From: Candidatus Choladousia intestinipullorum
Lineage (GTDB): Bacteria; Bacillota; Clostridia; Lachnospirales; Lachnospiraceae
Direction: 5' to 3'
Length of the DNA stretch: 41,213 nucleotides
NCBI GenBank assembly: GCA_018711885.1
Contig: DVHT01000045.1
Location: 1 to 41,213, forward strand
Below, piece by piece: positions 18,573 to 27,869 of this stretch. Numbering within the stretch: the stretch's first letter is position 1; every line of letters begins with the position of its first letter. Both the position numbers and the translations under genes were made by a program. Under the pieces are notes generated by a model that was given only the letters and a program-made list of their open reading frames with translations, did not search any database and had not been told where the DNA came from.

Positions 18573-19310
18573 TTACAAGTAGAGGATCTCAACAAGCGTC
18601 AGGCCCTGAGGCCGCGCAGTATCTCCTGCACGGCTTCGGTCGCATGCCGCCAGTATCTCCGGAACCTCCTCCGGATCCATCTGGCCGCTTCCGGCGCGCA
18701 GAAGCGTACCGGCAATGATCCGCACCATATTGTAGAGGAAGCCGTTCCCCTTCACCCTGATCGTGATCATATCCCCGTCTCTCGTCACATTCAGACTGGT
18801 AATTGTCCGCACGCGGTCTGTCACTTCCGGCTTATTCGTGCAAAAACTCGTAAAATCATGTGTCCCGACCAGATGATCTGCCGCCTGCTGCATCTTCTTT
18901 TCATCCAACGGATAATAATAAAACAACGAATACAGCCTGCACAGCGGATCCGGGAAACGCCGGTTGCAGATTTTGTATTCGTATGTCTTTATCGTCCTGC
19001 AAAAACGCGGGTGAAAATCAGACGACACCTCGCAGGATTCCTGGATACGGATATCCTCCGGCAGTCTCGTGTTCATCGCATAGGAGATCTTCTCGGCAGG
19101 AATCCTGGACGCCGTATCAAACACGGCGACATTCCCTCTAGCATGGACCCCCGCATCCGTACGGCTCGCACCGATCACACGGATTTCTTCACCCAGCAGT
19201 TCGCTCAGATGCTTATTCAATTCACTTTCTATCGTAACGCCGTTTGGCTGTATCTGCCATCCGCAGTAATTCGTACCGTCATAAGCGACTGTCAGCTTCA
19301 CTCTTTTCAT
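18573..19310 (-). CDS. truA: tRNA pseudouridine(38-40) synthase
   Basis: YDGTNYCGWQ, SRTDAGVHA, GTHDFTSF, GFLYNMVR. Confidence 0.96.
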   Translation of the reverse strand: MKRVKLTVAYDGTNYCGWQIQPNGVTIESELNKHLSELLGEEIRVIGASRTDAGVHARGNVAVFDTASRIPAEKISYAMNTRLPEDIRIQESCEVSSDFHPRFCRTIKTYEYKICNRRFPDPLCRLYSLFYYYPLDEKKMQQAADHLVGTHDFTSFCTNKPEVTDRVRTITSLNVTRDGDMITIRVKGNGFLYNMVRIIAGTLLRAGSGQMDPEEVPEILAACDRSRAGDTARPQGLTLVEILYL

Positions 19311-19329
19311 TGCTCTTCTCCATCATCGT

Positions 19330-20151
19330 TTAGTACCAGAGTCCTGCAAAAAATCCGATCCGGTTGATGAAGAACATCGCCACGAGATACAGGAGCAGGC
19401 ACAGATACGCTGCCTTGTCACGGTTCTGATAGATGAGCGGTTTCATCTTCGTCCTTCCTTCACCGCCGTGATATCCGCGCGCTTCCATCGCCATCGCCAG
19501 ATCATTCGCACGGCGGAACGCCGAAATAAACAGCGGGACCAGAAGCGGGATCATATTCTTTGCCTTCTTTATGATCCCTCCCGACTCAAAATCAGCGCCC
19601 CTCGCCGTCTGCGCCTTCATGATCTTGTCCGTCTCTTCCATCAGGATCGGAATAAAACGGAGTGCGATCGACATCATCATTGCGATCTCATGCACCGGAA
19701 CCTTGATCTTTGCCAGCGGCCGCAGAGCCTTTTCCAGACCGTCCGTCAGATTGTTGGGCGTCGTCGTCAGCGTCATCACGGAAGAGCCCACCACGAGATA
19801 GATCAGGCGGATCGCCATAAACACTGCCGTCTCGATTCCTTCCTTGGTGATCGTAAAGACCCATATCCGAACAACCGGCGTTCCGTTTATCAAAAACAGA
19901 TTAAAGACCACCGTAAACATCATCAGGATAAAGATTGACTTCAGCCCTTTCAGCATAAATCCAAGCGGAACGCGCGAAGCATAGATGACAGCTCCGAGAA
20001 AAACGGTCGCCGCGATATACGCCTCCGCTGAGCTGAATGCAAACAGCGACACAATGAACACCAGCGTGCCTGCAAGCTTGACTCTCGGATCCAGTTTGTG
20101 AATGACGGAATTGGCCGGATAATACTGGCCTAATGTAATATCTCTTAACAT
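19330..20151 (-). CDS. ecfT: ECF transporter transmembrane component T
   Basis: LDPRVKL, ALRFIP, AQTARG, AMEARGY. Confidence 0.95.
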   Translation of the reverse strand: MLRDITLGQYYPANSVIHKLDPRVKLAGTLVFIVSLFAFSSAEAYIAATVFLGAVIYASRVPLGFMLKGLKSIFILMMFTVVFNLFLINGTPVVRIWVFTITKEGIETAVFMAIRLIYLVVGSSVMTLTTTPNNLTDGLEKALRPLAKIKVPVHEIAMMMSIALRFIPILMEETDKIMKAQTARGADFESGGIIKKAKNMIPLLVPLFISAFRRANDLAMAMEARGYHGGEGRTKMKPLIYQNRDKAAYLCLLLYLVAMFFINRIGFFAGLWY

Positions 20152-20169
20152 ATCTTCTTCCTTCTGCCT

Positions 20170-21018
20170 CTAACGCTTCAGGCATTGTATAATCGCGTCG
20201 GCGGCTTCCTCCACCGTCGTCGCATCGTCCGGCACATCCCAGCCGTTTTCCTGCAGCTGGTGCATCAGATAAGTCACCTGCGGCGCTGCCAGCCCGACTG
20301 ATTCCAATTCCTTATAATGACGGAATACCTCGCGCGGAACGTCATCAAACATGACCTGCCCTTTATTCATCACGATAATACGCTCTACATAGCGCGCCAC
20401 ATCCTCCATGCTGTGTGATACGAGGATCACCGTGATCTTTTTCTCCTTATGGAGCCGTTCGATCTGGTCCAGAATGTCGTCGCGCCCTCTCGGGTCGAGT
20501 CCCGCCGTCGGCTCATCCAGCACGAGCACATCCGGGTCCATCGCCAGAATGCCTGCGATGGCCGCGCGCCGCTTCTGTCCGCCTGAAAGCTCAAACGGAG
20601 ACGATTTATAATATTTTTCCTTCAGACCGACGAGCTTCAGCGCTTCATATGCGCGCGCTTCCGCCTCGTCCTGGGACAGCCCCTGATTCTTCGGGCCAAA
20701 GCATACATCCGTAAATACGTCTGATTCAAACAGCTGGTGCTCCGGGTACTGGAAGACCAGCCCTACTTTGCTCCGCATCCCTTTCATGTCGAAGCCTTCT
20801 TCGTAGATATTCTTATCATTATAATATACCGCTCCGGAAGTCGCCCGCAGCAGACCGTTCAGGTGCTGGATCAGCGTGGACTTTCCCGAGCCGGTGTGCC
20901 CGATGATCCCGATAAACTGGTCATCAGGAATCGTAAGATTGATCTCTCTTAGTGCCTGCCGCTCAAACGCCGTCCCGGCACTGTACACGTAATTCAGATT
21001 TTCTATTCTGATCGCCAT
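20170..21018 (-). CDS. ecfA2: ECF transporter ATPase A2
   Basis: GHTGSGKST, VFQYPEHQLF, SPFELSGGQKRR, LDEPTAGLD. Confidence 0.95.
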   Translation of the reverse strand: MAIRIENLNYVYSAGTAFERQALREINLTIPDDQFIGIIGHTGSGKSTLIQHLNGLLRATSGAVYYNDKNIYEEGFDMKGMRSKVGLVFQYPEHQLFESDVFTDVCFGPKNQGLSQDEAEARAYEALKLVGLKEKYYKSSPFELSGGQKRRAAIAGILAMDPDVLVLDEPTAGLDPRGRDDILDQIERLHKEKKITVILVSHSMEDVARYVERIIVMNKGQVMFDDVPREVFRHYKELESVGLAAPQVTYLMHQLQENGWDVPDDATTVEEAADAIIQCLKR

Positions 21019-21033
21019 GGCAAATCCTCTCTG

Positions 21034-21906
21034 TCACTGTCTGTCCCGATATTCTGCAAGCGCCTGCACCAGCTCCTCATTCGTCAGAATGCCGTCCGGC
21101 AGACTGATGCCGGCCTTCTGCAGCTCATAAGCCACCAGCGTCGCCTGCGGCACATCCAGCCGGTAGCGTTTCAGTTCCTCTACGTGTGAAAACACCTCGC
21201 GCGGCGTTCCCTGCATCACGACCCGTCCCTGATCCATGACGATGACACGGTCCGCGTCAATAACTTCTTCCATATAATGTGTGATCAGAATCACCGTCAC
21301 ATGTTCTGTGCGGTTCAGCTCTCGCACCGTGCGGATCACCTCTTTCCGGCCGTTCGGATCGAGCATGGCGGTCGGTTCGTCCAGCACAATACACTTCGGG
21401 CACATGGCTACGACTCCGGCAATCGCCACGCGCTGCTTCTGCCCGCCTGAAAGCTTGTTGGGAGAAGCTGTCCGGTATTCCCACATCCCGACGGATTTCA
21501 GACTCCGCTCGACGCGCTCCCAGATCTCCTGCTGCGGAACCCCCATATTTTCCGGCCCGAATCCCACATCCTCGTCCACGACCGAACCGATGATCTGGTT
21601 GTCCGGATTCTGGAAGACCATACCCGCGCTCTGGCGGATCTCCCACAGCTTTGAATCGTCCTTCGTATCTTTGCCGTCCACATACAGCGTTCCTTCGGTC
21701 GGCAGCAAAATCGCATTGATATGCTTTGCAAGCGTAGACTTTCCGGAGCCGTTGTGCCCGAGAACAGCCACAAAATCGCCTGCCTTCACATCAAGATCCA
21801 CGCCGTCTACAGCGCGGGAGGAGGATTCTACATTGCCTTCGTCATCGATTTTCAGATAATCGTAAGAGACCTTTCTGGCCTTTATGATATTCAACATCTG
21901 CCGCAC
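21034..21906 (-). CDS. ecfA1: ECF transporter ATPase A1
   Basis: GHNGSGKST, VFQNPDNQ, LSGGQKQRVAIAG. Start is GTG 21906 or ATG 21897. Confidence 0.95.
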   Translation of the reverse strand: MRQMLNIIKARKVSYDYLKIDDEGNVESSSRAVDGVDLDVKAGDFVAVLGHNGSGKSTLAKHINAILLPTEGTLYVDGKDTKDDSKLWEIRQSAGMVFQNPDNQIIGSVVDEDVGFGPENMGVPQQEIWERVERSLKSVGMWEYRTASPNKLSGGQKQRVAIAGVVAMCPKCIVLDEPTAMLDPNGRKEVIRTVRELNRTEHVTVILITHYMEEVIDADRVIVMDQGRVVMQGTPREVFSHVEELKRYRLDVPQATLVAYELQKAGISLPDGILTNEELVQALAEYRDRQ

Positions 21907-22944
21907 TCACTCCTGATTTTCCTGCAGACTGCGCGTAGAACCGCCAACGACGAGCTCCGCCTCAAAAATCTGCTGTTTATTGGCTGCTTTTTTCTTGATC
22001 AGATCAAACATCAGCTTGATGGTGGCCTCTGCCATCTCCCTGCGCGGCTGCCGGATCGTCGTGATCGACGGCTCATAATAAGCCGCAATGGAGAGCCCGT
22101 CATAACCGGCCACGGAATAATCCTGCGGGATCCGTTTGCCCGCATCAAAAAGCGCCTTGCAGGCGCCCACTGCCATACTGTCGGAGCTGGCATAGATACA
22201 GGTGAATTCCTTGCCAGACTCTAACAGCTCTTTCGTCAGAGCATATCCGTTCTCCATAGAATACGTCGGATAACGGTCCTTCGTCCGCCGCACCAGCTCT
22301 TCATCATACGCGATCCCGAACTGTTCCAGCGCTTTTTTATATCCTTCCAGACGCTGGGAGCCAATGCTGGCGTCTTCTCTGCCCGCCGAGAGCATCGCGA
22401 TCTTCCTGTGCCCGCACCTGCAGAGATATTCGACCATTTTGCAGCTCTCGCGCACGTCATCGACTGTCACGTATGCGCAGTCCTGTCCGAGAGCAGCGGC
22501 ATTTACCGTACTGATGACGAACGGCACTGCAAGCTGCTCCAGCTTTTCCGCCGTATGATTGCTCAGACCGCCGAGAAACACGATGCCTTTGAGACGCTTT
22601 TCCTTCTCAAGCCGGATCGCCACGTCCACCTCGTCCTCAAATTCTTCTACGTGCTGCAGTACAAACGAATATTTTTTCTTCGTGATCTCCCGCTCAAACA
22701 CCTGGATCATGTCCGTAAAAAAGGGATTGCTGATGCCCTTGATCAGCACCGCGATTGTATTCGAATCGATCCGTTTTAAATTCCTGGCGCTGTTGTTCGG
22801 CACGTAATGATATTTTTTAATCGTGTCCATCACCATCTGCTTCGTATCTTCATTGATATCAGGATGATTGTTGATAGCTCTGGAAACGGTGCTCACGCCG
22901 ACTCCACATAATTTTGCCACTTCCTTGATAGTAAGCTGTTCCAT
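21907..22944 (-). CDS. LacI family transcriptional regulator (probable maltose/maltodextrin repressor)
   Basis: TIKEVAKLCGVGVSTVSRAIN HTH, YVPNNSARNL hinge, IPQDYSVAGYD. Adjacent to malQ. Confidence 0.92.
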   Translation of the reverse strand: MEQLTIKEVAKLCGVGVSTVSRAINNHPDINEDTKQMVMDTIKKYHYVPNNSARNLKRIDSNTIAVLIKGISNPFFTDMIQVFEREITKKKYSFVLQHVEEFEDEVDVAIRLEKEKRLKGIVFLGGLSNHTAEKLEQLAVPFVISTVNAAALGQDCAYVTVDDVRESCKMVEYLCRCGHRKIAMLSAGREDASIGSQRLEGYKKALEQFGIAYDEELVRRTKDRYPTYSMENGYALTKELLESGKEFTCIYASSDSMAVGACKALFDAGKRIPQDYSVAGYDGLSIAAYYEPSITTIRQPRREMAEATIKLMFDLIKKKAANKQQIFEAELVVGGSTRSLQENQE

Positions 22945-22974
22945 CTGCTATACCTCCTTCCCTGACTGTGTCAA

Positions 22975-23003
22975 ATTATAGCAACTCGCCTGATAAAATG
23001 CAA
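22975..23003 (-). promoter_or_regulatory. sigma-A promoter for the lacI-family gene and probably the ecf-truA genes
   Basis: TTGCAT-17 bp-TATAAT with TG extension. Confidence 0.75.
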
Positions 23004-23007
23004 GGAC

Positions 23008-23050
23008 TGAAAACGGTTTCCGCTCCCAAGGCAGGACAGCAGAAACCGCT
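23008..23050 (-). terminator. malQ terminator hairpin overlapping a LacI/cre-like box (TGAAAACGGTTTCC)
   Basis: Minus strand GCGGTTTCTGCT...AGCGGAAACCGT followed by TTT. Confidence 0.55.
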
Positions 23051-23058
23051 CTCTGAAA

Positions 23059-24561
23059 TCATAAGACGACTTTATTCTCATTTTTACGTCCGTAGACCTC
23101 CGCCATACGGCCCATTTTTTGGATCAGTCCTTCTGTGAGCTGTCCCTTTGACAGCCTCCACCTCCAGTTTTTTCCGAGTGTTGAAGGATGGTTCATCCTC
23201 GCTTCCGCTCCGAGACAGAGGTAATCCTGAAGCGGTATCACCGCCGTGTCGGCTACGCTTCCGAGCGTCAGCCGGATAAACGCCCATACCGTCTCGTCCC
23301 GGCTCTTATCCTTCAAATCCAGATACTCCGCCGCAAGCTTCCGGTCCTCTTCGCTCAGCTCGTCGTACCACGCAGCCAGCGTCTGGTTGTCATGTGTTCC
23401 CGTATAGACGACACAGTTCTGCGTATAATTGTACGGCATATAGTCCCCCGCTTCTCTGGAGTCAAAAGCAAACTCCATCACCTTCATGCCGGGATATCCT
23501 GTATCTTTTACAAGCTTCATCACGCTGTCCGTCAGATATCCGAGATCCTCCGCGATGATCGGCACTGTGCCGAACCGTTCTTTCAGCGCGTCAAACAGCT
23601 TCATACCAGGGCCCTTTTTCCAGCTTCCCCTTGCGGCCGTAGCGTCTCCGTACGGGATCGCATAGTATTCGTCAAAGCCGCGGAAATGATCGACGCGCAC
23701 CACATCGTACAGCTTAAAGCAGTGCTCCATCCGCCGGATCCACCAGGCATATCCCGTCTTCTCATGGTATTCCCAGTCGTACAGAGGATTGCCCCACAGC
23801 TGTCCGTCTGCAGAGAAAGCATCCGGCGGACAGCCTGCCACCATAGAAGGCCGCCGCTCTTCATTGTACTGGAACATCTCGGGATCTGCCCAGCTGTCTG
23901 CACTGTCGAACGCCACATAGATCGGGATATCACCGATGATCCGGATCCCCCGCCCGTTTGCATATGCTTTCAGCGCTTCCCACTGCTTCGTAAACTGATA
24001 CTGCAGGAACTTGAAAAACAGGATCTCCTGTCTGCAGATCTGTTTGTAGTAAGAGACTGCCTCCGGCTTACCCAGCCGGATATCCTCCTCCCATTTATCC
24101 CAGCTTTTTTCTCCGAAATGGTGTTTGATCGCCATATAAAGGCTGTAATCCTCCAGCCAGTGCGCCTGTTCTTCACAGAATTTCCGGAACTTTGCGTCAT
24201 TCTCCAGATCCGCTCTCGAAAACGCCAGCTCCAGCACCGGAAAGCGCGTCTGATACAGCTTTGCGTAATCGATGCGGCCTGCATCACCGCCGAAATCGAG
24301 TCCCTGATACTCCTCAGGTTGTAAAAGCCCCTCCTTTGCCAGAGTATCAAGATCGATGAAATACGGATTTCCGGCAAACGCAGAAAACGACTGATACGGG
24401 GAATCACCGTAACCGGTCGGCCCAAGCGGAAGAATCTGCCAGTACGTCTGTCCGGCCTGCACGAGCTGGTCGACAAACTCATACGCCTCTTTCGAAAAAC
24501 AGCCGATTCCATACGGAGACGGAAGGCTGGATACCGGAAGCAAAACTCCGCACGCTCTCAT
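23059..24561 (-). CDS. malQ: 4-alpha-glucanotransferase (amylomaltase, GH77)
   Basis: WQILPLGPTGYGDSPYQ, GDIPIYV, GQLWGNPLYDW, RVDHFRG, IIAEDLG, YTGTHDN. Start ATG 24561 after AGGAGGT. Confidence 0.96.
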   Translation of the reverse strand: MRACGVLLPVSSLPSPYGIGCFSKEAYEFVDQLVQAGQTYWQILPLGPTGYGDSPYQSFSAFAGNPYFIDLDTLAKEGLLQPEEYQGLDFGGDAGRIDYAKLYQTRFPVLELAFSRADLENDAKFRKFCEEQAHWLEDYSLYMAIKHHFGEKSWDKWEEDIRLGKPEAVSYYKQICRQEILFFKFLQYQFTKQWEALKAYANGRGIRIIGDIPIYVAFDSADSWADPEMFQYNEERRPSMVAGCPPDAFSADGQLWGNPLYDWEYHEKTGYAWWIRRMEHCFKLYDVVRVDHFRGFDEYYAIPYGDATAARGSWKKGPGMKLFDALKERFGTVPIIAEDLGYLTDSVMKLVKDTGYPGMKVMEFAFDSREAGDYMPYNYTQNCVVYTGTHDNQTLAAWYDELSEEDRKLAAEYLDLKDKSRDETVWAFIRLTLGSVADTAVIPLQDYLCLGAEARMNHPSTLGKNWRWRLSKGQLTEGLIQKMGRMAEVYGRKNENKVVL

Positions 24562-24598
24562 ATGCCACCTCCTGCCGTTTCTGATATCCGGTGTCCCG

Positions 24599-25438
24599 TC
24601 ATCCTTTGACCGCTCCTGCCACAACGCCTTCGATAATGTATTTCTGGCAGATGATGTAGAAAATAATGATCGGGACGATCGCAAGTACGAGGGTTCCCAT
24701 CATGGCGCCCATATCTACGGCTCCGTAGCCGCCCTTCAGATACTGAACGGCCATCGGGATCGTCTTGTACCTCTTCTGGTCCAGTACGAGGGACGGCAGA
24801 AGATAGTCGTTCCAGATCCACATCGCCTGCAGGATCATGACCGTAATGCAGGTCGGCTTCATGATCGGAAGCACGACTCTGAAATACGTCTGCAGCGGAT
24901 TGCATCCGTCGATCATCGCCGCCTCTTCGATCTCGATCGGGATTGATTTACAGAATCCGACAAACATAAAGATCGAAAGGCCTGCTCCGAATCCCAGATA
25001 TACGACCACGATACCGACCGGATTGCCGAGTTTCAGCATATTCGCGATCTTCGACAGCGTAAACATTACCATCTGGAACGGTACAATCATGGAAAACAGA
25101 CACAGATAATAGATTGTTTTTGTAACCCTGGTCCTGACTCTCGAAATGTACCATGCGCTCATCGAGCAGAACAGGATGATCGCTGCTACGGAAAATACAG
25201 TGATAAAAAGCGAACAGCCGAATGCCTCGATCAGATTCGTCTTTTCGATACCGTTGATGTAGTTTTCCAGTCCTACATACATCTTGTCCGTCGGGATTTC
25301 AAACGGGGCACGGCTGATATACGCTTTTTTCTTGAATGAATTGATAAATACAAGTACGATCGGATAGATCCATGAGAGGGACAGGATCGAAAAGCCGAGC
25401 GTCCAGATCCATCCGTGCTTTGCTTTTCTTGCGTTCAT
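24599..25438 (-). CDS. Carbohydrate ABC transporter permease (MalG-like)
   Basis: EAA motif IPIEIEEAAMIDG, WIWNDYL, GAVKG end. ATG overlaps the upstream TAA. Confidence 0.92.
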   Translation of the reverse strand: MNARKAKHGWIWTLGFSILSLSWIYPIVLVFINSFKKKAYISRAPFEIPTDKMYVGLENYINGIEKTNLIEAFGCSLFITVFSVAAIILFCSMSAWYISRVRTRVTKTIYYLCLFSMIVPFQMVMFTLSKIANMLKLGNPVGIVVVYLGFGAGLSIFMFVGFCKSIPIEIEEAAMIDGCNPLQTYFRVVLPIMKPTCITVMILQAMWIWNDYLLPSLVLDQKRYKTIPMAVQYLKGGYGAVDMGAMMGTLVLAIVPIIIFYIICQKYIIEGVVAGAVKG

Positions 25439-26289
25439 TACTGCTGCACCTCCTTCGATCTTGTCAGGTAGTTCTGCACAAGCGCGATCGCCGCAACGAG
25501 CAGGAAGAAGATCACTGCCTTCGCCTGTCCAACGCCTTCCCATCCGTTTCTTCCATAAAACGTATTATAAATGTTCAGCGCGAGCATCTCCGACATCTTC
25601 GAAGGGTCGCCGTCCGTCAGCGCAAGGTTCTGGTCGAACAGCTTGAAGGAATTCGTAAGAGTCAGAAACGTACAGATCGTGATAGACGGCATGACCATCG
25701 GGATCGTCACATTCTTTAATATCTGGCGCGGCGATGCTCCGTCGATCTTCGCTGCCTCGATCAGCTCTCCCGGAATGTTCTGAATACCGGAGATATAGAT
25801 GATCATCATATAACCGATCTGCTGCCAGCACATCAGGATCACCAGTCCGATAAATCCGTAAACAGAGCTGTATTTCAGGTTCCTTCCGAACTGTGCCAGG
25901 ATACCGTTTAGCAGAAGCTGCCATACGTAGCCGAGTACGATACCGCCGATCAGGTTCGGCATAAAGAATACGGTACGGAACAGATTCGTTCCCTTTATTT
26001 TTTTCGTCAGTGCCAGAGCCACTGCAAATCCGATCACATTGATCAGCAGTACTGTCACGATCGTAAACAGCGCCGTAAACCAGAGAGAATGCAGAAATAC
26101 ATCGCTCGGATCGTTCCAGAAACGGATATAATTTTTCAATCCCACAAACCTCGCATCCGTTACGGTCGTAAACTCACAGAATGAAAGATACACACCGAGT
26201 ATAAACGGTGCAATAAAACCGATGGTGAACGCGATCATGGTCGGAAGCAGGAAGATCGGACCATATTTTTTCATTGACCGGTTATTCAT
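25438..26289 (-). CDS. Carbohydrate ABC transporter permease (MalF-like)
   Basis: FVGLKNY, FRTVFFMP, IPGELIEAAKIDGA, SFKLFD. Confidence 0.92.
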   Translation of the reverse strand: MNNRSMKKYGPIFLLPTMIAFTIGFIAPFILGVYLSFCEFTTVTDARFVGLKNYIRFWNDPSDVFLHSLWFTALFTIVTVLLINVIGFAVALALTKKIKGTNLFRTVFFMPNLIGGIVLGYVWQLLLNGILAQFGRNLKYSSVYGFIGLVILMCWQQIGYMMIIYISGIQNIPGELIEAAKIDGASPRQILKNVTIPMVMPSITICTFLTLTNSFKLFDQNLALTDGDPSKMSEMLALNIYNTFYGRNGWEGVGQAKAVIFFLLVAAIALVQNYLTRSKEVQQ

Positions 26290-26309
26290 TTTCTCATCCT
26301 TCCTTTTCT

Positions 26310-26342
26310 AAAAAAGGGGCTGCCGTATCACACGGCAGCTCC
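26310..26342 (-). terminator. Intercistronic stem-loop after the solute-binding gene (partial terminator/mRNA stabiliser)
   Basis: GGAGCTGCCGT-GTGAT-ACGGCAGCCCC followed by TTTTTT. Confidence 0.75.
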
Positions 26343-26366
26343 TCATTCTTTCAGATTCTTTTCTGT

Positions 26367-27683
26367 TTATTCAGCCGTAGCTGCAACTTCTGCTGCCCAT
26401 CCATCAACAAATGCCGTAACTACGCCGTCCCATTCGCCGGTACCCTGTGCATACTCAAGAAGCGCGCTGCCAACGCCGTTCTTCCATTCTTCAGACGGCA
26501 TTGTCGTGAAGCACCATGCTACTGAAGTCTTTCCTGCATCGATGTACTCGTTTGCTGCGTCCAGAAGCGGGTTCTCTGCCTGGTACTCTTCTGTAAAGGT
26601 CGTGAACGGAGTTGCAAAGCCCATATCAAATGCCAGGGAAGAACGTCCTTCATCGCTGGAAACAACCCATGCCATGAAGTCAAGTGTTGCCTGGATATCT
26701 TCTTCGGATGCCTTTGCATTTACACACCAGTAGTTCTCAGAACCTGTACACAGACCCTGATTCTCTTCGCCTTCTACTCCAATGTAGATCGGAAGCATGC
26801 CAAGATCCTCATCTGCCACTTCATTTCCTGTGATATTGCCGTATTCCCATGTACCGTTCTGATAGAATACTGCTTCGCCCAGTGCGAATTCTGCAGCAGC
26901 ATCCTCAGCCGTCATGCTGGCGATCATCGTCGGTTCGCATGTAGCATCTGTGATGTACATATCCCATACTGCTTTGTAGTTATCCAGATAAGTTCCTTTG
27001 ATCGCATCTGTGGAGTCAATGCCGTCAGCCTGATACTCGTAGTAGATCGGCAGGTTTGCAAGGTGTGTCTTGAATCTCCAGTCAGAGGAGGAATCCATAC
27101 CTGCTGATGTGAATGCGCCGAGTACGCCAAGCTCATCTTTTCTCGCCTGGATATCGTCTGCTACCGCTTTCAGTGTCTCAAAGTTCGTGATCTCGGAAGC
27201 GTCAGAGATCACTGCTCCGTCCAGTGCGCAGTAGTCAGCCAGCAGCGCTTTGTTGTAGATGATGCCGTAAGTCTCGATTACGTATGCAATACCGAGGACT
27301 GAATCTCCGTCCTTCAGCGCAAAATCATCGCTCTTTAAGTAGCTGTAAATCTCGCTGTCTTTCAAGTCATAGCAGTAATCTTTCCATGTAGCCAGACCTA
27401 CCGGACCGTTTACCTGGAACAGAGTCGGAGCCTCTTCCTTTGCCATCTCGGACTTCAGCTGGGACTCATACGTACCGGATGCTGCTGTAACGACTGTTAC
27501 CGGGACGCCTGTCTCTTCTGTATACGTCTCTGCCAGTGCCTCCCACTGTTCAGCCTGCTCCGGCTTGAAATTCAGGTAGTACACGGAACCTGCCGCTTCC
27601 TCTGCCTGTGCCGGCACAACAGCAAGACCTGCTACCATTGCTGCGGACATAGCCGCTGCCAAATACTTTTTCATTTTTCTCAT
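26367..27683 (-). CDS. Sugar ABC transporter solute-binding protein (maltose/maltodextrin by context)
   Basis: YYLNFKPE, AASGTYE, YGIIYNK, FYQNGTW. Signal peptide ends AQA|EE with no lipobox Cys. Confidence 0.9.
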   Translation of the reverse strand: MRKMKKYLAAAMSAAMVAGLAVVPAQAEEAAGSVYYLNFKPEQAEQWEALAETYTEETGVPVTVVTAASGTYESQLKSEMAKEEAPTLFQVNGPVGLATWKDYCYDLKDSEIYSYLKSDDFALKDGDSVLGIAYVIETYGIIYNKALLADYCALDGAVISDASEITNFETLKAVADDIQARKDELGVLGAFTSAGMDSSSDWRFKTHLANLPIYYEYQADGIDSTDAIKGTYLDNYKAVWDMYITDATCEPTMIASMTAEDAAAEFALGEAVFYQNGTWEYGNITGNEVADEDLGMLPIYIGVEGEENQGLCTGSENYWCVNAKASEEDIQATLDFMAWVVSSDEGRSSLAFDMGFATPFTTFTEEYQAENPLLDAANEYIDAGKTSVAWCFTTMPSEEWKNGVGSALLEYAQGTGEWDGVVTAFVDGWAAEVAATAE

Positions 27684-27725
27684 AGCTTTACCCTCTTCCT
27701 TTCATAAAATAAACTCCGGGTTTTC

Positions 27726-27749
27726 GGAAACGTTATCGGTAACGTTTCC
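27726..27749. promoter_or_regulatory. Tandem LacI-type operator palindrome
   Basis: GGAAACGTTA-TCGG-TAACGTTTCC perfect inverted repeat just downstream of the operon -10. Confidence 0.8.
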
Positions 27750-27762
27750 AATCCATATAATG

Positions 27763-27791
27763 ATAATAGCATAAAGCAAAAAGACATGCAA
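27763..27791 (-). promoter_or_regulatory. sigma-A promoter of the sugar ABC-malQ operon
   Basis: TTGCAT-17 bp-TATTAT with TG. The -35 lies in the inverted repeat AAGACATGCAA..TTGCATGTCTT (27781-27808), likely the MBOAT terminator. Confidence 0.7.
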
Positions 27792-27869
27792 CTGTTTTTG
27801 CATGTCTTTAAGTAATTTCGTCTCTATTTCACAAGTTTGCACAACCTTTTTTGTGCACCTTTTCCATTT

